A DNA stretch of 64,000 nt from an uncultured Bacteriovoracaceae bacterium (GTDB lineage: Bacteria > Bdellovibrionota > Bacteriovoracia > Bacteriovoracales > Bacteriovoracaceae): assembly GCA_964012805.1 (NCBI GenBank), contig CAXGUD010000001.1:1-64000 (forward strand). The letters run 5' to 3'. The translations under genes were made by a program, and so were the position numbers. The first letter of the stretch is position 1. Every line of letters begins with the position of its first letter. Positions 57,842 through 64,000 of this stretch are shown in pieces. Under the pieces are notes generated by a model. The model saw only the letters and a list, made by a program, of their open reading frames with translations. It had not been told where the DNA came from and did no database searches.

Positions 57842-59800
57842 ATGAAACAGTTTTTTAACTCAAAGCTTTTTTATTCTTTTTTTGCCTTAGCATTTCTTTT
57901 AACTTTGGCTTCGAAGCTTTACTCTTCAAGTTATGGAGGTCATTCATTCTCATCAATCAATTACTTAGAAGATCAAACCAGCTCTCTTGACGTTACAGAA
58001 GTTGTTAATAAAATAAACAGAGATCCATCCATTTTTAAAGCAACAAAAAACAAAAATAATTTTGGTTATTCAAAGTCAACCTTTTGGTTGAAAGCAACAT
58101 TGCACCCTAACTTAAAATCCAAAGACTCGCTTTTTCTTTCAGTTAACCCCCCTTTGCTTGATACAATAGAACTTTATTCGCTTGATGATAATCTCCAGAT
58201 CATTAAAAAAGTTATAACAGGAGACCTCCATCCTTTTAATCAAAGGGAAATCCCTTACCGAAGGTTTCTTTTCAAAATAACTCCGAAGAATACCAAATCC
58301 TTACTTATTAAATTAAAGTCGACAAGTTACATACCTATAAACCTCACCATTTTGGACCAAAAGGAGTTTATCAATAATGAAATCAGAGAGTCACTCCTCT
58401 TTGGTATTTTTATAGGTGTTTCTCTCCTTCTGATACTTATCCACCTCTCTATTTTCTTCTTTAGAAAGGAAATGGACTCTTTATATTATTCTGTTTTTAT
58501 TTTATGCTTTAATTTAATTACACTATCCACATCAGGCTTCGGCTTTCAAGTTTTATACCCAAACCTACCTGAGTTTAACCAGGCAGCGCACGTTTGGTTC
58601 GCTGCCTTAACAAACTTATCAATTGTTCCATTTCAAAATATGTTTTTCAGTGTTGATAGAACAGAAAAGTTTCACAAAATTAGAGAATTTTTCGTTATTT
58701 TGTGGGTTATACCTTTGGCCCTGACCTTTATCCAAAGATACGAAATGATGCGAATTATCAGTCAGATTCTCATTTTAAGCAATTTTACACTTTTCTGCCT
58801 CTTGATAAAAAAGTACTGGAAAATAAAAATAAAGGAATCAAGAATTTCATCTCTCGCATTCGGATGTCTCATAATAGGTGGAGTCTCGCAAATTTTATAT
58901 ATCCATGGAATAGCTCCTCAAAACTTTTTATTCTACAATAGTTATATTCTTGGCGGATTACTTCAAATGATTATTTTTTCTCTTGGACTTGCACTTAAAC
59001 TGAAAGAAGTGCAGGATGCAAGCTTAAAAAACAAATCACGTCTTATTGAGATCAATCAAAAAATTAACCAAGTCTTAAAACTTGAAGTTTCAAAGAAAGC
59101 TGAAGCGCTCGAAAAGAAAAACCAAAGACTTAAAGAATATGACTTTATTGTTGCACACGATTTAAAAAATCCTCTTGGGGCGATCCTTTCCTATACTGAG
59201 ATATTTGATTTGAAAGATACAGAAGACCCGGAAAAAACAAGAAGAATTATAAATAATATAAGAAGCATTGCTTTCAGGGCTATCGACTTGATTGATGGAC
59301 TTTTAAAAGTTGTTACTTCCGGTACTCTTGAGTTAAGAAAGCACTCTATCGAACTCTTAATTAAATGGGCAGCATCGCAGCTTACAACAAAAATAAATGA
59401 AACAAACGCAAAAATAAAACAGGACCTCGCTATTTTAAGTTTTTTTTGCGATGACGTTTCCATGGAACAAATATTTGCTAACATCATAGAAAATTCGATT
59501 AAATATAAAAGTCACGACAAAGAGCCAGAAATAATAATTAAATCATGGGAAGAGAATCAAAGAGTTTATATCTCTTTTAAAGACAATGGGATCGGCATCC
59601 CTGAACATATAAAATCAAATGTCTTTTCCAAGGACTTTAGAGGTGAAGACTTTAAAAACTCTAACATAGATGGGTATGGTTTAGGACTTTACCATGTAAA
59701 AAACCTTGTCAAAGAAAACAAAGGCGAAATTGAAATCACCGATACAAAAGAAAACCATGGGACAACTATAACTCTTTCCTTTTTAAAAGACCCATCATAG
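57842..59800 (+). CDS. 7TM-DISM sensor histidine kinase
   Basis: YLED…NFGYS..TFWL…TGD..PF.QR (DISMED2), 7 TM, AHDLKNPL, NIIENSIKY, DNGIG, GYGLGL; ATG at 57842 preferred over TTG at 57797. Confidence 0.9.
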   Translation: MKQFFNSKLFYSFFALAFLLTLASKLYSSSYGGHSFSSINYLEDQTSSLDVTEVVNKINRDPSIFKATKNKNNFGYSKSTFWLKATLHPNLKSKDSLFLSVNPPLLDTIELYSLDDNLQIIKKVITGDLHPFNQREIPYRRFLFKITPKNTKSLLIKLKSTSYIPINLTILDQKEFINNEIRESLLFGIFIGVSLLLILIHLSIFFFRKEMDSLYYSVFILCFNLITLSTSGFGFQVLYPNLPEFNQAAHVWFAALTNLSIVPFQNMFFSVDRTEKFHKIREFFVILWVIPLALTFIQRYEMMRIISQILILSNFTLFCLLIKKYWKIKIKESRISSLAFGCLIIGGVSQILYIHGIAPQNFLFYNSYILGGLLQMIIFSLGLALKLKEVQDASLKNKSRLIEINQKINQVLKLEVSKKAEALEKKNQRLKEYDFIVAHDLKNPLGAILSYTEIFDLKDTEDPEKTRRIINNIRSIAFRAIDLIDGLLKVVTSGTLELRKHSIELLIKWAASQLTTKINETNAKIKQDLAILSFFCDDVSMEQIFANIIENSIKYKSHDKEPEIIIKSWEENQRVYISFKDNGIGIPEHIKSNVFSKDFRGEDFKNSNIDGYGLGLYHVKNLVKENKGEIEITDTKENHGTTITLSFLKDPS

Positions 59801-59847
59801 TAACATTTTTTTCCACTTATTTTTTTGTAAAAAGTTTGATCAGGGAA

Positions 59848-60690
59848 TTATAATTTGAAAATTAAATCCTCGAATTCTTCACCATATTCAGCATTTTCTA
59901 ACAATTCAAAGAACGATTCCTGATCGTAAATTTCAATTGTAATTTTACACGTTATACTGAAATTCTTAAAGCAAATATCCCATGAATCCTCAATAAGCCT
60001 TATACTATCCGTTGTAGAATCAACCATTAAGAAAATACTATCTTGCGCCCTTGTTAACATGGGAAGACTTAAATTAGATAACTTATCATGGCCTTTGGCC
60101 AAAATCATTTTAATCCCACCTGCAGTAAGGTTACAAAACTCCTTCATAAAATCCACAACATCGTCAGGTGAGTTTAAAGGTTCCTCCACTTCTTCCAGTT
60201 TTTCACCTATCAAAAACTTATTGGCAATGTCGTGTGTAAAATAAGCTTGAAAATTAAAACGAAGAGAGGATGATTCTGCCATAACAAAGGTTAACTTTTT
60301 TCCGACATTTTGGTCAGCAGTTGGTTCACCAATAAAAAAGTCTCTATTTTTCAATCCTTTTATTTTGGTATATTTTCCTAAACGATCTAAACTTATTTTT
60401 CTAACACTATCTTTGAAACCTTTTATCATCTGAAGTTTTTTAATTTGCCTCTTCATGGCATCATCAAAGATTGAAAGGAATTCTTTTTTTGAGAAAGTTG
60501 AAATTCTATTTGGTATTTTTTTTAAGATTTCGATGACTTTTAAAGTTAGACCATCACTTATACCCTGATTGTGGGCCTTATCAATAATATGTTCTATTTC
60601 CAAAGCATATGAAGACAGTTCCTCTTCCTTTAGATTATCCATGTAGGAGGTCGCTTCATAAACAAATTTGTTTTTTTTCTTTACAACCAT
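59848..60690 (-). CDS. CheX-like domain protein with N-terminal helical extension
   Basis: DFMKEFCNLTAGGIK.IL…LSLP. Confidence 0.6.
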   Translation of the reverse strand: MVVKKKNKFVYEATSYMDNLKEEELSSYALEIEHIIDKAHNQGISDGLTLKVIEILKKIPNRISTFSKKEFLSIFDDAMKRQIKKLQMIKGFKDSVRKISLDRLGKYTKIKGLKNRDFFIGEPTADQNVGKKLTFVMAESSSLRFNFQAYFTHDIANKFLIGEKLEEVEEPLNSPDDVVDFMKEFCNLTAGGIKMILAKGHDKLSNLSLPMLTRAQDSIFLMVDSTTDSIRLIEDSWDICFKNFSITCKITIEIYDQESFFELLENAEYGEEFEDLIFKL

Positions 60691-60700
60691 TAAGTTTCTT

Positions 60701-61060
60701 TTAGTTTTCTGAACCCAATTTTTCTATTGTTACTCTATAAACAATTCCCTGATCAGAATAAGTTCCTCTATAAATGACCTCTGCCTTGTCTTTTTTTGTT
60801 ATACCAAAAAATAACTCATCTAAGGAAAGGTGTAAATAAGATGCAAGGGCCTTAACGTATTTCATACTTGATGTAGAAGGCTTAATACCATTCATCCAAT
60901 TATGGAGTGTGGTTACTGGTACCTTGCATTCTTTGGCCAGCGAACTTGCACTCATATTTCTTTTTTGAAGTTCTTTAACGATGACCTTGCCGAGAGAGAT
61001 TTCACCCTCATGTGTAAATTCAAAATCCTCTTCAAAGTCCTCTTCAATTTCCTTTTTCAT
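60701..61060 (-). CDS. XRE-family HTH transcriptional regulator
   Basis: MSASSLAKECKVPVTTLHNWMNGIKP…LASYLHLSLDELFFG; ATG at 61060 likely start. Confidence 0.85.
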   Translation of the reverse strand: MKKEIEEDFEEDFEFTHEGEISLGKVIVKELQKRNMSASSLAKECKVPVTTLHNWMNGIKPSTSSMKYVKALASYLHLSLDELFFGITKKDKAEVIYRGTYSDQGIVYRVTIEKLGSEN

Positions 61061-61234
61061 TAAAAACCTTTTTTCTTTGAAGAAATTAAACAAGAGTATT
61101 ACGAACACTTAGTCGGTAAGATTTAAATAATAGTTTAGGTGTTTCGTAGAAAATTATAAATAGCGTTTTAGTAAATTAAAAAATTTTAATATACAGAAAA
61201 TTAAAAGCTATTTGAATTTTGACCTCAATAAATT

Positions 61235-61678
61235 TTAAAGGCTTGGAGATTGAGTTAACTTTACTTTAAGGTTTTCTATAGATTTTTCAACTGCCTTAGT
61301 AAGTAAAATTCTGGCCCTTGAAATGGCCGTTCCTAAATCGACCCCCAAAACAAAGAAATCTAACATTTCTAAATTTTCTGGCCAATCAACGGTTGCATGA
61401 AAAACGATTGTTCTGTCTTTACTTATGAATAACTGAACAATAAAATCATCAAATTTGAAATTCCAAAATTTATCTTTAAATAAACCAACCTCGTCTAATG
61501 ACTCCATAAGGTTGAAAAGTGAAGCTTCTTTAAAAACAAACTCGCCTATTATTGAAAAGCCTACAACTTCCTGTCCTTTACCTTTTATCTCATCGACTTC
61601 ATAAAGGCTTTTTATATAAGTACCCTCAAGACCTTCCTTAAAGTTTTTAACAGCTAGCTTTTCCATAAATCGGTTCAA
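61235..61678 (-). CDS. Hypothetical protein
   Basis: 147 aa, GAGAGG RBS before TTG. Confidence 0.55.
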   Translation of the reverse strand: MNRFMEKLAVKNFKEGLEGTYIKSLYEVDEIKGKGQEVVGFSIIGEFVFKEASLFNLMESLDEVGLFKDKFWNFKFDDFIVQLFISKDRTIVFHATVDWPENLEMLDFFVLGVDLGTAISRARILLTKAVEKSIENLKVKLTQSPSL

Positions 61679-61937
61679 TTGAGCCTCTCATTTCAAATGT
61701 TTGATGGTCTGGTCCTTTGGCTTTTTCCTAAACCTTATTTTTTCGCCCAAACCAAAAACGAGACTATCTTTTTCTTCCTCTTTGGGCCTTATTAAAAGGA
61801 GCCTTGAGTAATCTTTTTACTCTTAAATAAAGCTTATTTATTTTTTATAGGATAATTTTATCTCTTAATTTAAAGATTATTTATTTATAGTGCCAAGACG
61901 CCAATAGTTTTAACTAAATATAAGTGAAGTGAGAATC

Positions 61938-62672
61938 TTAGAATGAAAGATTAAGGGCCAATCCATTTTTTATAGGAATAAGTCTCGCTTTATTCCAAAA
62001 TTTTTTTTCAGAAACCAACTCATTATAAAATATTCTCCTATAGACCGCCCTCTTTTTTGAAGCCAGTGTTGGAACAGAGGACCTTTGAGACTCAAAAATA
62101 AGTGTCCCCATTAAGAAGTGAATAATTCCACCCATAGGCCTTTCATCACCAAGCCAAACTGCTATTCCTCCAAGAGTATTGATTAAAAGTCCTGTTATTC
62201 GGCGATTCCAGCTCTTTATACTCACCTCTCTTTTGTAAGCATTCTCTAAAATTGCTTCCCCTAACTTTAACTTTTTATGACCTTCAGGGAGCTCATTGAA
62301 AAGGGCCAAATCCATTTTGGGATAGAAGCGGTTGAAAAGCATATCCCAAGCGCCAAAAGTACTTTGAATAGTGATTAAACCACTCGTAAAGCTTGTAGAC
62401 CTGTCTCCTGAAGTAAAATGAACCGCCAAACCACCAATGGCAAGACTTGAATAAATGGCCGTATAACTTCTTTCCCACCTCACTGTTTTTGATGAAATTA
62501 AAAAGCCCTTTCTTGTCGCTTGAGCAAATGTATTTTCCAAGAATTTTAATTGTCTAGAAAGCTTGGCCCCTCCCATATCATCAAATGATAAAGCAGGTTT
62601 AAAAGAAAAAGTAAGGATTAAACTTATAAAAAGTTTTAAAAAAAAAGCTGCCATTTTTCTTCTTTCAATCAC
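61938..62672 (-). CDS. Exported/membrane hypothetical protein
   Basis: Part of ORF 61938..62795; GAGGAG RBS before GTG at 62672 (ATG at 62654 is an alternative), signal peptide, Gly-rich hydrophobic hairpins, C-terminal LALNLSF. Confidence 0.55.
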   Translation of the reverse strand: MIERRKMAAFFLKLFISLILTFSFKPALSFDDMGGAKLSRQLKFLENTFAQATRKGFLISSKTVRWERSYTAIYSSLAIGGLAVHFTSGDRSTSFTSGLITIQSTFGAWDMLFNRFYPKMDLALFNELPEGHKKLKLGEAILENAYKREVSIKSWNRRITGLLINTLGGIAVWLGDERPMGGIIHFLMGTLIFESQRSSVPTLASKKRAVYRRIFYNELVSEKKFWNKARLIPIKNGLALNLSF

Positions 62673-62847
62673 AAGCCCATCTCCTCTTCCCTCGCCAAAA
62701 AATGTAAGGAAAGGCCCTAAAAGACCTTTCGGAGTTTTATTTTTAACTTTAAATAGGGTTAAGAGAAAAGGTTGAATACAATAATCGGATAACAACTTTC
62801 AAAGATTGACTGTTTCCATTGCCTAAGTCGAGTTGATTGGTGGTCTT

Positions 62848-63726
62848 TTATTTTAGAAACCACTCAAGATCAATAACCAAGGGATCATGATCTGATAAGG
62901 GTTTTTTCTTAGAGTCATAGAAGTCAAATTTATAAGGTAAAAAGAGTTCTTTTAGATCTAAGCCGACATCTGTTCCATCACGAAAAGTAAACCGATCTAA
63001 AACCCCTTGCTTCTCTTGGCTACAAACTAAATCTTTACACATATACCGCATATTATTTCTTGCTAAAAAAAGGTGGAACACAAACTGATCATCTTCATCA
63101 TCGTGAAGAAGGTTCCAGTCTCCGGCCACAATAACCGCACGCCCTTTTGACTTTTCTTCTATTGTTTGACTTAAAAACTTAAATTGCTGAAAGCGTGCCT
63201 TTTTATCACTTTTACTTCGACCAGCATCAGCGTGGACATTATAAATATCTACGAAAAGCCCTGGAGAAACTTCATGACGGGAAAAAGTAAAGCCCTTCTT
63301 GGCCAAACAGTCTGAGTCATTCCTCAAAACACCCGAACAAGTTGGCCAAGAGAAAGTTTCAAAATGATGAAACGGCTTTTTTGAAAGACGCATTAAACCA
63401 TTCCCAAGGACTCCTCTAAAATCTGACTTTTGCCAAAAAGGAAAGCTAACAGCTTCCATAAGAAGGGAATGATAACTGAAGTTTTCCTGAAGGAGAGCGA
63501 TATCAAATCTATTGATTTTTTCACCAATAGTCCGCATATTCTTTCTGTTTCTTAAGGGAGAAATGACATTGTGAATACCTGCCACGTTATAGCTAAGGAT
63601 CGTAAGGGTTCCTCTATTTTCATACTGATAAGAAAAAGATGTGCCACTAAAAAGAAAACAAAAACTGCAAAAAACAACAGAAAACTTAATAAAGCTCTTC
63701 ATAAAAATTGACATCCTTTTTAACAT
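62848..63726 (-). CDS. Secreted endonuclease/exonuclease/phosphatase (sphingomyelinase-like) enzyme
   Basis: YNVAG, LQENF, KKGF, NVHADAG, AGDWN, LDR, LSDHDP. Confidence 0.88.
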   Translation of the reverse strand: MLKRMSIFMKSFIKFSVVFCSFCFLFSGTSFSYQYENRGTLTILSYNVAGIHNVISPLRNRKNMRTIGEKINRFDIALLQENFSYHSLLMEAVSFPFWQKSDFRGVLGNGLMRLSKKPFHHFETFSWPTCSGVLRNDSDCLAKKGFTFSRHEVSPGLFVDIYNVHADAGRSKSDKKARFQQFKFLSQTIEEKSKGRAVIVAGDWNLLHDDEDDQFVFHLFLARNNMRYMCKDLVCSQEKQGVLDRFTFRDGTDVGLDLKELFLPYKFDFYDSKKKPLSDHDPLVIDLEWFLK

Positions 63727-63854
63727 GAAGGCGCATAATTAACCGCTATTTCCTATCTAACAAGACGCATAACGCCATAATTTGAAATCATGATAAAATA
63801 TATTCGCTAAGATCATTATAAACTGCAAAGTTTGACTAAAATACGAGGTACTTC

Positions 63855-64000
63855 ATGGAAAAGAAACTAACTTCCAGAAAAAACTATGTCATGGGGCTTT
63901 CACTACTCGGCTTTTTTGGGAGTTTAACAACATTTTTCCTACTCCAACATGAGCCAGAAAAGGAAAATTCAAGCCTCACTCAGAAAGAACCAAAGCGAGT
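63855..64000 (+). CDS. Partial ORF running off the window, with an N-terminal TM segment
   Basis: GAGG RBS, then MEKKLTSRKNYVMGLSLLGFFGSLTTFFLLQHEP… open to the window end. Confidence 0.55.
   Translation, partial: MEKKLTSRKNYVMGLSLLGFFGSLTTFFLLQHEPEKENSSLTQKEPKR

Noticed and set aside
1183..62775. Numerous 60-112 aa ORFs overlapping longer genes (e.g. 1183..1515, 18184..18522, 27581..27865, 59191..59487)
   Set aside because: Antisense or alternate-frame shadows of well-supported genes, with no recognisable motifs.

Overview
AT-rich, gene-dense bacterial chromosome window with no tRNA, rRNA, CRISPR array, integrase or transposase recognisable by eye. The gene mix includes many secreted hypothetical proteins, 7TM-DISM kinases, CheX-like proteins, a degenerate HD-GYP protein, a transglutaminase-elicitor protein, an NTT-HEAT transporter and recurring sigma28-like promoter motifs. 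This is consistent with a predatory Bdellovibrionota (Bacteriovoracia-like) genome, which is inference only. The main finding is a compact operon at 12344-18676. It encodes a MotA/MotB stator, a single signal-peptide protein that appears to fuse a FliF-like periplasmic ring domain, one TM helix and FliG middle and C-terminal rotor domains, a TPR protein and two outer-membrane barrel-like proteins. No other flagellar genes are nearby, and the canonical rotor-stator charges are altered in both partners, so this is a candidate non-flagellar rotary motor. Other contents are a rearranged glpSTP(V)QU glycerol-type ABC operon with one dead ATPase site, an Lnb/DUF4105 gene beside a lipoprotein gene broken by one in-frame TAA, an 11-repeat Cys-rich secreted protein beside a transglutaminase, a REC-PAS-MerR fusion, an orphan allantoicase, lipid/CoA enzymes, a divergent ClpS, a truncated M20 peptidase and an (ATTAA)8 microsatellite. 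All family calls are from motif recognition by eye; no database searches were run.
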